From Octopus sinensis (lineage: Eukaryota): a stretch of DNA of 64,000 nt. Location: NCBI RefSeq assembly GCF_006345805.1, contig NC_043001.1, positions 123,132,001 to 123,196,000 of the forward strand, given 5' to 3'. Under the pieces are notes generated by a model. That model was not told the origin of the DNA, searched no databases, and saw only the letters and a program-made list of their open reading frames with translations. This document shows, piece by piece, positions 1 to 12,831 of this stretch (position 1 is its first letter; each line of letters starts with the position of its first letter). The position numbers were made by a program, and so were the translations under genes.

Positions 1-424
1 TGAATGCCCGATCGCGCGGTTAAACCATTGGGAGTGAAGAACTCCTAGCCTTTGTTAGGGCATCCTTCTAGGAGAAGGTAACTCAGGTAACTGGGATAAC
101 TCCGATATAAAACCTGCGGCTCAGTGGTTACCGATGATGTTGACTTGCTCTTCTTTTCGGATTATGACTGCTGTTGCTTAGGGAGTGGGATTGACTCAGT
201 GCACAGCCTTTCCTCCCTTTAAAAAAAATCTTCTTGTTCAGGCATTGCACGATAACAACATAGATTAAGCTTCGTGCAATGGCCCTACTCGATAACGAGG
301 GGGCAGCCACCATGTATGTATGTATGTATGTATGTATGTATGTATGTATGTATGTATGTATGTATGTATGTATGTATGAATGTATGTATCTATGTATCTC
401 TCTCTCTCTCTCTATCTCTCCATG

Positions 425-1327
425 CAGGGCGCGATGGTTAAAATCATCGCCATTGTTTGTTTTTGATTTTGTCGTCTACATAATATAGCAGGGTCAGTTA
501 AGCACTGTCTGTGAGAGAAACAGAACCATGACAGAATTTGATCTGCCAGAAATTTGGAAACGATATGCTGTTCTGCTTGGCATTCGCGCCGGAAACGATA
601 TGCTGTTCTGCTTGGCATTCGCGCCGGAAGCTCTAATACGAACATTTCAGAGTGTTTGGGTGTCAACCTGAGGACAGTGCAATCTGAGGACGTATACTGA
701 GAGTGATAAAAATCAAACATCCAATCAACATCATGGTGTTTGCAGTGATCACTAGTGATGGCGACGTTATGCCTCCATTCATCTGCCCACATAGCCTCAG
801 ACTCAACACAGAGGCTTACATCAAGTGCCTGGAGGAGGTAATGCTGTCCTGGGTTAAGAGGGTGGCTTCTGGAAACCGTTTGTCTAGCAACAGAACTCTG
901 CCCCATGCCACACAAGGAGGAGAATCCAGTCATAGCTGTCAAACAATTTCTGCGATCACATCATCCCTAACATCTGGAGCACCTGGCCACCTAACACCTC
1001 AGATTGCAACACCCTTGATTATTATGTGTGGGGAGCAGTTGAACGAGAGATCAACAAAACTCCTTATAACACCAAAGATGAACTGAAGGCAAGGATTATG
1101 ACACCATTCACCAACTTAAACAAGGTGACAACCCAGAAGAGTTGTAGGAGGTTCCGAAGTCGTCTGGAGGCCGTGATTGAAGCCAATGGCGATTTTAGTG
1201 AATAAATTTACTCTTTAGTATTTCAAGATATTTTTATGTAAGTTTGGTAAATATATCTGTTAAAATGAAATGTCAGTGTTATTTTCATTTTTGTGTAATT
1301 TAGACGAGACTTTATTCACCGCATCTG
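425..1327 (+). mobile_element. Internally deleted, dead Tc1/mariner transposon of maT (DD37D)-like type
   Basis: N-terminal HTH-like MTEFDLPEIWKRYAVLLGIRAG..NLRTVQ from ATG 528 jumps to KHPINIMVFAVITSDGDVMPPF..., then V*QQNSAPCH...WPPNTSDCNTLDYYVWGAVE...RLEAVIEANGDFSE* (stop 1203-1205). Frameshift and stops present; right end abuts TA; decayed terminal inverted repeats. Confidence 0.85.
556..629 (+). repeat. Exact 35-bp tandem duplication inside the transposase 5' region
   Basis: ggaaacgatatgctgttctgcttggcattcgcgcc at 556-590 and 591-625. Confidence 0.95.
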
Positions 1328-1351
1328 TATATATATATATATAATATATAT

Positions 1352-1383
<32 letters not shown>

Positions 1384-2593
1384 ACAAATCTATCTGTAAC
1401 GACTCTCACGAGGTTATCAATAGTCGATTCCAATATTTTATACATAACTTTTTACTGATAAAGGATCGAAACCCGCTAATTGAATGCTTGCAGAATTGAT
1501 TAACGGCAAACCCTGTGAATGTTTGCTATCGATAATTGAGGAAGGAGGTAAGAAACAGATGAAAAATTAAATCATGATGATCGACGATACGTTCCTTCAA
1601 TAATTTTTCCTTTTCGTATCGCTGATTATGCAACAGTTTCAGGGAGTTTTACGACTTCCTGCTAATTAGCCGGATGGCTCTCTTGTTTTGGATGTAGTGT
1701 CTGGGATGCCTGTATGTGTAACAAGCAACAGTACCGCTCTAAATGTGGCAGCGATATATCCATTGTTGCTCACGTTGTTTCAGTAAAAAGTAGCCGTTTT
1801 GGACTGAAGTATTTTTTGCAGTATTCTTAGCCATGTTGATAATGCACGACCACCAGGAAATGGTGATGGTTAGCGTTTGTAACCACCTTAAAGAGTTCTA
1901 AGTTCGAGTTGCTCCTCTTTTATGATATTGTTTTATTTCTATGTGTGGTGGAAGTAAAGAGGTTAATAGTAAGTTGTGATGAAAAACCGGTGGCGATAGT
2001 TTTCCGGATAATTTAGTCTATCATCAATTTAATTTCTCAACTAAAAGCATTGCACTTACTTTCCTACCAATGCCTTCGAGAAAGGCGTAAACAACTCACC
2101 CAAGCCATTTCCTCCCTTTTTAGAAGTCGAAGCCTGTACAAAGTGTTCGTCGGCGAGGATCTTCCACCTATCTACTTCAATGCTAATTTCTAGAAAGAAA
2201 TCTAACTTGTCATTACGCATCAATGGATCCCTATATATATAAAGATACTGGAAGAACAGTAACTCAGCGTCGATAGAAATTGACAGCGGATGAGTTTTTA
2301 TTCCGGATTTTTAAGTGTATAGGAATGGAAGAAACCTACATGGGAAATAAAGGAACAGATAACCAAAAATAGTCTAATTGCAGTAAAAACACTCAACATT
2401 TTTAATGGTGTATATTTTCTATATTAAATGTTTCTTCTCATTGTAATAAAGATTTCATTATGTCATCGTTACGCGCTTTATCTAGATTAATATACACATT
2501 CTTAATGCATGCATATTTAAACATACATATATAACCATGCATTATATTTTACACACAGACACAGACACACACACACACACACAGACACACACA

Positions 2594-2639
<46 letters not shown>

Positions 2640-2669
2640 CACACATTCAAAATGTGACCGCGTGTGTAC

Positions 2670-2857
2670 CGTTGGCGATTTTTTTCCCTCTGTTTTCCCT
2701 TCTCTGGATCTTTCCTTCTCCTATGTTTCCGACGAAGAGCTCCGCTCGAAACGTTAAACCCTCCTTCTTTCCTTCTTTCCTGAGCGTCCAATAATACTAT
2801 ATTTGTTCCACGCCCTCGCGTTGTTGTGTTGTTTTGTGCTTTCTTGTTTGGATTAAC

Positions 2858-2860
<3 letters not shown>
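2670..2860 (+). mobile_element. Short Penelope-like terminal-repeat fragment with hammerhead-like motif (2725-2759)
   Basis: GTTT-CCGACGA-A-GAGC tcc GCTC-GAA-ACGT-T-AAAC; downstream flank homologous to the copies at 22.6 and 62.5 kb; followed by (CA)n. Confidence 0.6.
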
Positions 2861-2913
<53 letters not shown>

Positions 2914-3346
2914 CATGCATATATATTTTTACACACACACACACATACACACACGCAAGCACACACACACACACGCGCGCGCGCACATACACACACACAT
3001 GTGTGTAGGCTATGTCACTGCATGACTGCAGTCCAATGGCTGAAATTGATAAAAGCCTGTATCTAACAAGCACACTTTGTTTTATTGTCCTCATTCATGT
3101 ACACGTTTCTATGGTAGAAATCACTTAAAGTACGTTGGAAGAATAAGAAATAGTTCAACTGGAGAATGTTGTACTGACTGACTCACTAATAAGTAATCCA
3201 GCAAGAACGGCGTAGGCTCTGTTTGTTAATGAAGACAGAACAAAGTCGAAACAAGACCAGAATTGTCTATTATTTCTTCTCCCCACCCCATATTTATTTC
3301 TCTCTAGCGTTTTAAGGTTCTATGCATTATATATGCTAACACTAAC

Positions 3347-3439
<93 letters not shown>

Positions 3440-3589
3440 CACAACCTTCCTTCCTCCCTATCTATCTATAAATCAATCGCTCAGTCTCTCTCTGTCTGTC
3501 TGTTTGTCTTCTGTTTGTCTGTCTGTCTGTCTGTTTATCTGTCTAACTACATATCTACCTATCCACCTCTGTCTGTCTGTATCTATTCT

Positions 3590-3900
3590 TAACTATTATG
3601 TATTTCTTTTATTTGCTTGTCTGGGGGAAGGACGGTGTCCATGGCCTTCATAAACTTATCTAGAACGGTGATATTTATGCTATTAATGTTCTGGAAGGAA
3701 TGATTGGGAGTAGCGGTTAGTTTGAGTTTTAGGTGGAAGTTGGATACAACAATGGAAATGAGAGGAGAAAAGCGAGTGAGTCGGGACTGCATGACTGGCA
3801 GTGGCATGAGGCCCGTCAGCCAGCCAACCAGCCGGCCAGATCTAAGGTGCAGAGGCCATTATAGTTGCAGTAGGAAAGGCAGGGAGAGGAAACCAGTGCA
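3590..3900 (-). mobile_element. Degraded 3' fragment of a CR1/L2-group LINE ORF2
   Basis: Minus-strand pieces YCNYNGLC..., LMPLPVMQSRLTRFSP and IQLPPKTQTNRYSQSFLP resemble the post-RT C-terminus of CR1/L2-group LINEs; frameshifted. Confidence 0.45.
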
Positions 3901-4059
3901 CCCTTCAGGTTAACTGAATTATCTATATTAAATTGGTTAACAGTTACGTAACTATTAGCACACACGAATTTGATAGGAGACGCATCACAATGAATATTTA
4001 CTTAAGCCCTTCGCTCTTTATGGAACATAGACAATCGGTGACTTTTTTCTCACTGTTCT

Positions 4060-4290
4060 TGGCTCCGGGCTATCAAAGGCCTTCTTCCAGATCTTGTTGG
4101 CTTTGAATTGTCATCGATGCTTCAGCAACTATGCTCTTTTTTCTTGTTAAGGGTTGATCCTACGTAAACTCATTTTTATTTCTGGGAAGAAGTGGTCCAT
4201 ATTAGTCTGGACTCTATCCTTTTTACCTGTCCAGCGTGGGAGGCTCCACCGAATGCAGGCACGCATCTGGCATAGTTCTCAGAGGTGTCG
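4060..4290 (-). mobile_element. RTE-related retroelement fragment
   Basis: Minus strand gcctcccacgctggacaggtaaaaaggatagagtccagact resembles a motif I recall from RTE-clade 5' regions; recognition from memory only. Confidence 0.3.
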
Positions 4291-4629
4291 AAGCACGAAG
4301 GCTACCACATTGCAACAAGGACTGGAGCTTAAGGTGGCTTTACAATGAACACTTTACTTTCGCTATCAAACAACATAATACTATTGATTAGTGTTAAATG
4401 GGTCACCTTTGGAAAGATTCTCTTGGAGTTCAAACCACTTTGCTATGATCATATTTTCTTTTTTTGAAGGTTCAATCACAGAACTGTGACATGTTGGAGC
4501 ACCATCCGAAGGGTTCTCCTTTTCCTTCACTATTCGACGTTTCGAGTTTAATGATCATCATTAGGTGAGAATATTTCTACACTTTCTTTTTAACTTCTTG
4601 CAGCTTACATGGTTTAAATTTCATCAACG

Positions 4630-4690
4630 TGCCTCAGCATGGCCGCAGCCTAATGACTGAAACAAGTAAAAGCTAAAAGATAACTAAAAG
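4630..4690 (+). mobile_element. 3' tail remnant of SINE family A
   Basis: cagcatggccgcagcctaatgactgaaacaagtaaaag matches the tails of the full copies at 21.7 and 27.6 kb. Confidence 0.75.
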
Positions 4691-4899
4691 GTATATTTTA
4701 CTTGCGCTTCTTTCATTCTCTGCAAAATTTCCGCCATTCAATTCGTTCTCTTAAATTAATGTTTTCGATGCCCTTTAAGAGACAACCCTTTCTATATCGA
4801 TGCCACTTACACATTTTTGTGGCACCGTCTATTCCATCTCGTACATTAACCTTTGCATCTATGCGAAACACCACATAACGAAGTCACTTGAAATCAACT

Positions 4900-5270
4900 T
4901 CTTTCTTTTCCTCCTCCTCTTCCTCCCCTCCTCTTCTTCTTCTTCTTCGTCTTCTTCCTCCTCCTCCTCCTTCTTCTTCTTCTTCTTCCTCCTCCTCCTC
5001 CTCCTCCTCCTTCTTCTTCTTCTTCTCCTCCTCCTCCTCCTCCTCCTTCTTCTTCCTTCTCCTCCTCCTCCTCCTTCTTCTTCTTCCTCCTCCTCCCCTC
5101 CTCCCCTCCTCCTTCTTCATCCTCCCCTCCTTCCCCCTCCTCCCCCTCCTCCTTCCTCCTCCTCCTCCGTCTTCCTCCTCCTCCTCCGTCTTCCTCCTCC
5201 TCCTCCGTCTTCCTCCTCCTCCTCCTCCTCCTCCTCCTCCTTCTTGTTCTTGTTCTTGTTCTTCTTCTTC
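4900..5270. repeat. Compound (TCC)n/(TTC)n homopyrimidine tract
   Basis: About 370 bp of nearly pure pyrimidines on the plus strand; source of the poly-S/P/L/E pseudo-ORFs. Confidence 0.95.
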
Positions 5271-5724
5271 TGTAATTATGTCCTTTTTTAAAAAATTTTA
5301 TCACTTACTTTTAATACGTTAAAAGTTTTCGAACACAAAATTTCAAATGAACTAGTTTTTCCTTTAGGCAAGCAGCCACTTGATCTGACAAATCTTCACA
5401 GGATTTCAGAAGCGCCTTCTACTAAAAAATTATTACCTTAAATTATGTTTCTTATGTTCAAATTTTCAGCTATTCTTACAAAAAAAAAAAAAATACAAGA
5501 AGAAAGAAAAATCGAACCTCTTCTATTGATCCCATTTCTTAATTCTTTCTCACAGATGTGTCTCATGATCATCATAACGAACACGACGACGACGATGATG
5601 ATTCTGGCGATGCTGATCGCCATCATTCTCCGCCGTCTACCTTTCCTCTTCATCGGTTTACAATCTTACAATCCTGTTTTTGATGCTATCTATATCATCA
5701 TCATCACCATTGTCATCATCATCA

Positions 5725-5772
<48 letters not shown>

Positions 5773-5953
5773 AACCACCACTACTACTACTACCACCACA
5801 ACCACTACTACTACTACTACCACCACCACAACTACTACTACTACTACTACCACCACCACCACTACTACTACTACCACCACCACCACCACCACACCACCAC
5901 CACCAACACCACCACCACCACCACCACCACCACCACCACCACTACTACTACTA
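5725..5953. repeat. Compound (TAC)n/(CAC)n trinucleotide microsatellite
   Basis: Direct inspection. Confidence 0.95.
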
Positions 5954-6483
5954 ATCTCGTTTTTCTCCCCCTTTTTCTTGTTCGTCACAACACATCCGTT
6001 GATGACAGCTCAAAATATTTTTGCTTGTTTATATCTCACCATTCCTTCAACAGATTCCTTTTTCTTTCCGTTTCCATCTAATCGTTCTCACACCACCATT
6101 CCAACATTTGATCTTCTTTTGTACGAAAACATATTTTCATGCATGTACACATACATAAGTGTGTATGCGAGTACACACACACACACAGACACACACAAAC
6201 ACACGCACACACATCTATGTAATCTATATATATATATAATATATATATTCGTACACCATATAAATACATACACACACGTATACACACACATACACGCAGA
6301 CACACGTACATGCACACTTACACTCACGTGTACATATGCACATACATATGCACATTCATATATGCATACACATACATTGATACACACATATTCATATATT
6401 ATGTATGGTTACAGAAAACACACACACACACACATTAGATAGTTTATAGCTTTCCATCTCTTTATATTTTAATCTGATTTTTG

Positions 6484-6520
<37 letters not shown>

Positions 6521-6527
6521 AATCATG

Positions 6528-6559
<32 letters not shown>

Positions 6560-6951
6560 CTTCTTCTTCTTCTTCTCCTCCTCTTTCTCTTTTTCTGTGA
6601 ACCTCCACCCTCCGACACCTTCTTTCTCCCATCCTAGTCTCGACTCCGTCTCTTTACTTTCCACAAACCCGCCCCCACTAATTTCTATCTATCAAATTGT
6701 GTACATCTTTAATGCATTATCAAGTAGACGACATACATTATCAACAACATACACCATGACAGCCATTTTGGAGATAAACCTCCAAAGTCGTAGCAAGACG
6801 TTAAAAGCTTATTGTAGCTGTCACCAAAATTGTTTCCCTCTAATTTCATGTCTGTCTGCCTGCTGTCTGTATGTGCGTATATATGTAAGCATATATGTAC
6901 GTATCTGTCTAAATTGCTAGCTATGTGCCAATACAGACATGCATATACATA

Positions 6952-7013
<62 letters not shown>

Positions 7014-7444
7014 ATATATTAATGTATATGATGTGTGTATTTATACGCGCACACACAGAGGCGAACACACACAGAGGCGAACACACGCATACATACACAC
7101 GTATTATATTTTTATATACATCATGCATATTACAAATATGTATTCAACGAAACAATGGAAGAAATTGCGTGGTCACATAATCTGCTAGAAATGGCAGTCA
7201 CATTCCTCTCAAAACACAACGATTCAGAAGTGTTAAGAACCATTTATAGATCGTTGTTATGTTATAAAATCATGTAAAGTGATTCTAAATACTAGAGGCA
7301 ACAATATTTTCGTAGGTAGAGGTTTGTGTAGGTGGCGGTGCACGTTGGAAGCGGAATTTCATCCCTAATTTAAAAATCTCAGCCTCTCCACTGATGGATG
7401 TAAATTAGTGATTTTGTAACTGATTTAAGAGTGAAGACTAGTTA

Positions 7445-7526
7445 ACGCAGTAGCAGAGAAGCCGTAATGAGTGAGGGTTCTATACGCAGTAGCAGAGAAG
7501 CCGTAATGAGTGAGAGTTCTATACGC
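7445..7526 (+). repeat. 39-bp tandem duplication
   Basis: acgcagtagcagagaagccgtaatgagtgag(g/a)gttctat twice, one mismatch. Confidence 0.95.
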
Positions 7527-7723
7527 TGTATGTCTTGATCGTGCAGAAATAGAAAGCTCAAGCATAGCTGTATGCTTCATTTCAGCCATGTTTATCCTGA
7601 ATTTTTCAGGCATTTCGAAGCCGAGACTACATTATTCATGCGTCTAGTTTTTTAAGACGCTTGGATATGATTCAAGGAAAAGACTACGTCTCCATTGAAT
7701 GCATCAGTTTGTAGTATAACTGC

Positions 7724-8101
7724 GTGCAGGCGCAATGGCCCAGTGGTTAGGGCAGCGGACTCGTGGTCATAGGATCGCGGTTTCGACTCCCAGACCGGAC
7801 GTTGTGAGTGTTTATTGAGCGAAAACACCTAGAGCTCCACGAGGCTCCGGCAGTGGGTGGTGGCGATCCCTGCTGTACTCTTTCGCCACAACTTTCTCTC
7901 ACTCTTACTTCCTGTTTCTGTTGTACCTGTATTTCAAAGGGCCGGCCTTGTCACTCTCTGTGTCACGCTGAATATCCCCGAGAACTACATTAAGGGTACA
8001 CGTGTCTGTGGAGTGCTCAGCCACTTACACGTTAATTTCACGAGCAGGCTGTTCCGTTGATCGGATCAACCGGAACCGACGGAGTGCTTCCTTTTTTTTT
8101 A
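7724..8101 (+). mobile_element. Full-length tRNA-derived SINE (family B) with 11-bp target-site duplication
   Basis: A box TGGCCCAGTGG, B box GTTTCGACTCC, T-rich tail; TSD AGTATAACTGC at 7713-7723 and 8102-8112. Confidence 0.9.
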
Positions 8102-8891
8102 AGTATAACTGCAAGCTCTACCATTATCATTACTAGTTATCTCTATAAGATTGTTGTTATTGTTGTATTTTTGTCTACAGGTCTGCTCTGATCGAGCAGA
8201 CATATAATGAAAAGCATTCCAGACATTACCCACCGTTTTTTTTTACAGGCATGATGCATCTAGGCCTACAGTATCCAAAGTGTCATGGAATTTAAAAAAA
8301 AAAAACAATAGAGTGTGACTTGAAGGCGATTTGACATCTGGTTCTACGAGGTCGAGTAACCATGTAGAAAGATAAAAAAGCAATATTTATTATCAATACT
8401 GGATTATTCATTGACTATAGATCTACCCGTCGATGAAGGACATTTAGAGATAAAGAACAGCTACAGATATCAAGCCTCCTAAGGTGCCTATATATAATCA
8501 TTAAATTTCAAGCCCTATTAGCTTAGAAGAATAACTCAGAACACATTAGATTACGTAGGCTGAGATCACCGTAAAAAGGCCAGATGGTCACAACTAGAAT
8601 GTTTTGAGTTGTCTTCGTTTAATCCAAGATACAGTAACAGGAGTTTTATACATCGACCCCAGTACTTGACTTAGGCCTTACTTTGTCGACCTCGGAAGGA
8701 TTTGAAGTCAGATGGTAAAAATGTCATTATTAAATACCATTAGGAATTTTGTCCGACGTTCTATTGATCCGTCTAATCCGATCATCTCATCGATCTACTC
8801 CGCCAGAATTAACCTTGAACTAAACAACAACAATTACATACTTATAGTTTTCTCGTTCATAAATACTACAATACGCTCACATTACAGCAAG

Positions 8892-8929
<38 letters not shown>

Positions 8930-8958
8930 AATATATATATAATATATATATATAATAA

Positions 8959-9048
<90 letters not shown>

Positions 9049-9283
9049 TATATGTATATATATATTAAAGACTGTAATTGAGAATATTCTGGAATATATA
9101 TGTATATATCTCCATGGAATTAGGCATGCGTATATGGTTAAGATGTTCGCATCGCAATCACATGGATCAAGTTTCGAACCCTCTGTGCAGCACTCTGAGG
9201 AAGTGTCTTCTATCAGTCTTATAAAGACTAATACTTGCCTTGCGATGATATTTGTTGGACATTAATTGAGTGGTAATTCGTCG

Positions 9284-9377
<94 letters not shown>

Positions 9378-9780
9378 CCCTTTTACGATCCCTTTTCATC
9401 GAAAACCTACCCCCCCATTTTCTCCCCCCAAAAAGAAAAGCTCTACTTTGTAATCTGTTCCGTCTGTGTGCAGCCCTGAGTGGCTAATAAAGAAACATAT
9501 CTATCTATCTATTTACCTACCTCTCTACCTACCTACCTACCTACCTACCTACCTACCTATCAACCTACCTACCTACCTACCTACCTACCTACCTACCTAC
9601 CTATCTGTCTGTCTACCTGTCTGCCTGCCTGTCTGTCTGTTTGCCTGCCTGTCTGCCTGTCTGTCTGTCTGTCTGTTTGTCTGGCTGTCTGCCTGCTACT
9701 CTGTCTGCCTCTCTATCTGTTTGTTTGTCTACCTCTCTCTCCGCCCGTCTGTCTATCCGTCTGCCTGCCTGTCTGTCTAT
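9284..9780. repeat. Compound tetranucleotide array (ATCT)n...(ACCT)n...(GTCT/GCCT)n
   Basis: Direct inspection; a similar series occurs at 3348-3580. Confidence 0.9.
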
Positions 9781-10272
9781 ATACACATATATAAACTTAT
9801 ACTTATAAATATACATATATGGACATGTATGCATAGAATCACCAAACATTGTATCGTATTGAGGTTCGATATACTCTACAAAACCACTCGAAATCCGGAC
9901 CAGAACCGGAAACCAAAGATTGAAACTAGTAAAAGAATAATGAAAGAATATAGTCCTGTAAATCTCAGAGATAATTTGAAAAACATTCATCAATATCGAA
10001 GGAGTTAAATGAAATCTATTCATATTTCACTTCATTAAATACACATAAGATAAGAAAAAAAGAAAAAAACAAAACAATATAGAGGCCCCACTTCCAGTAA
10101 AAATACAAAAAGGAAGAAAAAACAATGCAAATTAAAAAACAAATCAAAAACTCACCATCACCAATATTGGCAAACATTTGAGGATCTGAAAAAGAGTGAA
10201 AGAAATATAAATATACTATTGATCTTATTGCTGTTGTTGTTATTATTGTTGATGTTCTTGTTATTCTTATTG

Positions 10273-10349
<77 letters not shown>

Positions 10350-10353
<4 letters not shown>

Positions 10354-10608
10354 AAGAAGTGTGCCATTTTCATCGATATTTCGACATCTCGTGTGTCTTC
10401 AACAGGTTCAAAAAAATAATTTTGTCAAATTATTTTGTCAATCTACTTCATTTTGGTTAATATATAAAGAATTGAGGTAACTCCCCAAGAAGATATAGAG
10501 TCAAAATTAAAAGAAGAGTGCCATTGTCATCCAGTGAACGATATTTCGACATCTCGTGTGTCTTCAACAGGTTCATGAAAATAATTTTGTCAAATAATTT
10601 TGTCAATC

Positions 10609-10610
<2 letters not shown>
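10350..10610 (-). repeat. Tandem direct repeat (period about 160 bp), each unit carrying a hammerhead-like motif
   Basis: ttaaaagaag..gtgccatt..cgatatttcgacatctcgtgtgtcttcaacaggttca..tgtcaatcta at about 10350-10445 and 10507-10609. Confidence 0.85.
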
Positions 10611-10649
<39 letters not shown>

Positions 10650-10672
10650 GTAGTAGTAGTAGTAGTAGTATT

Positions 10673-12831
10673 ATAGACGTCACACAGTATGCAATATCGT
10701 GAGGTTGTTGATTGAAGATTTTGTGTCTACCGGGGGTTTGTACTACTTGTCAAGTCACAACAAGGGCCTCAGACAGATAGTACCTTACGCCATATGCGTG
10801 CAAGTTCCAAGTAATGCCTTTTGCAATACACCTAGATTGTAGGATATTTCTAAAGTTTTCAGATGTCTTTTAGATTGAGTGGTATTGAACCCAATGCTCC
10901 GATGACAATAGGGATAACCTTTATATCTGACTCTCGTAGCTGCTGCATCTTAGCGATATCAATTCTCAGGTTTCCATATCTATCAGCCTTTTCTCTTTCG
11001 TTCATGATGATGTTTTGACCTCCTGGCACTGTCACATCAATTATTGGGCATTCTTGTTTGTCCCTTCTAAAGGTTACTATATCCGGCCTTCGGCGCTCTA
11101 ACACCTTGTCTATCTTGAAGTCAAAGTACCAGAGGATTTTTGCCTTCTCCTTTTCGTCCATTACCTTTTTCAGTGCATGTTGGTACCAAACACCTGTAAC
11201 CTCATATCTGAAGGCATAGTAGCCAGTGGAGGTTTTGCGCTACTTTGTCGTGTCTAAGCTTGTACTCTTTCTGCGCAAGACTTTCCCAAGCACTAACAAT
11301 ATGAGTCACGCTTTCGACCTTCTTCCCACACATTCTTCAGAGGTTCGTTGCACTTATGTGGTAAATATTCTTTTTCACTGAGTTGGTATTCAATGCCTGG
11401 TCCTGGGCAATGATGATTAGGCTTTCACCATTCTTTTTTAAGTCACCCTTGTTAAGTCACCTTCATGATGCTTCCTGGTCTTTTAATTTGTTGGTTTCAC
11501 GGTGGAACCGACCATGTAATTCCATGCGGAGTAGGGTTTCTTCTCTCTCGATGGCTGTTCTTGATCGGAATTCATGGACACTCTCAAGTCCATTTTTGTT
11601 AAATCCTTCTGCATTAGCAGCATACTGTAGCAGGTCTTGTTTGCTGTTCATGAAATATTCTGCCATGTTTCTTCCTTCACTGCTGATACACTCCCGTACG
11701 CTATTTAGCCCCTCTTCATGTAGAGCCTGCGTACATTCGCCTTAGGGTGGAGGGCACCATACATTATCATTGTCTTTCGGGTAGTACGGTCGAGTTGGTT
11801 AATCTCTGCTTGTGTCCATTTCAGGGTGGGTGCACTATAGCGGCCTACAGCAACCACCCATATATTGATGGCAGTCACAAAGTTCCTTGAGTTGAGTTTT
11901 GATTTCAAGAGAAGTTTAGGACGTTTGAAATATGCAGTGATGACCCTGTCTTTCATTTCATTATGAAAGATATTATCAAACTTCAGGATCCCAAGCTACT
12001 TGTACCCATCATCATCAGGGTCTTCCAATCTCTCTCTGTTTGGCAATTTGATGCCCCTACAATTTACTCTTTCCTCCCGCTTCAAAGTAAGCACCGCACA
12101 CTTCCAGATACCGAATTCCATCCCTATATCCTTGCTGCACATTTGCACATTTTCAACCAGCCTCTCCATTTCAGGCTCTGTTTCTGCGAACAGTGTTAAA
12201 TCATCCATGAAGAGAAGGTGGTTGAGACGAGGTCCATTCTTTCTCAGCTCATAGTGCGCGTTGACTTTGCGTAGGATTTTAGAAAGTGGGATCAAAGGTA
12301 TACCAAAGAATAGAGGTCAACAAGAGTTTCCTTGGTAGATATCTCTTTTGCTTTTTTGATTGTTACCTCGGCTAAGTGCTGGTTGTTACATGAAAGACAT
12401 ATTTTCCAATTGTTCTTAATCAGTGCACACACGTTCTCAGCTTTTCTACACATGTCGAGTGTTTCCAAAATCCACGAATGCGGCAACATATTGTGAGCTT
12501 TCTTGAAGTCTATCCAGGCCATGCATAAGTTTTTTGGTACTGTTTACAGTTCTTCATTATAACGTTGTCTATCACAAAGTGGTCCTTGGTGCCCTTGGAT
12601 CCTTTTCTGCATCACTTTTGTTCTACTGGCAGTAGATCCTTTTCTGCAAGGAACGTATATATTTTCTCTGCAAGGATACCTGTTAATACATACTTTCCAT
12701 AGGAGATTAAGACAAGCAATGGGTCGGTAATTGCCAACCTCATTACCCTTTGACAGATATTTCACTAACAATGTTGTTTTTCCCTCTACAACCCACTCCG
12801 GAACTACATCGCTTTGTAAGCAATTGTCTAA
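10673..12831 (-). mobile_element. 5'-truncated, degraded R4/Dong-like non-LTR retrotransposon (RT + CCHC + restriction-like endonuclease)
   Basis: Minus-strand motifs NYRPIACLNLLWK, AWIDFKKAHNMLPHSWI, LNHLLFMDDL, LLKSKLNSRN...LDRTTRK, decayed zinc knuckle *RMCGKKVESVTHIVSAW, and RLE RRPDIV..IIDVTVP...KVIPIVIGALG. Many stops and frameshifts; 3' end runs into (TAC)n(TAA)n. Confidence 0.9.

Noticed and set aside
1-135. Possible RTE 5' region (catccttctaggagaaggtaactc)
   Set aside because: Only a vague recalled motif at the window edge; no coding support.
4800-6081. Poly-Ser/Pro/Leu/Glu/Tyr/His/Val ORFs resembling low-complexity or structural proteins
   Set aside because: Open in nearly all frames on both strands because they are trinucleotide microsatellites; no synonymous codon variation.
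7728-7800. tRNA gene (also 52850-52915)
   Set aside because: A and B boxes are present but there is no acceptor stem, and the sequence continues into a SINE body with a TSD.
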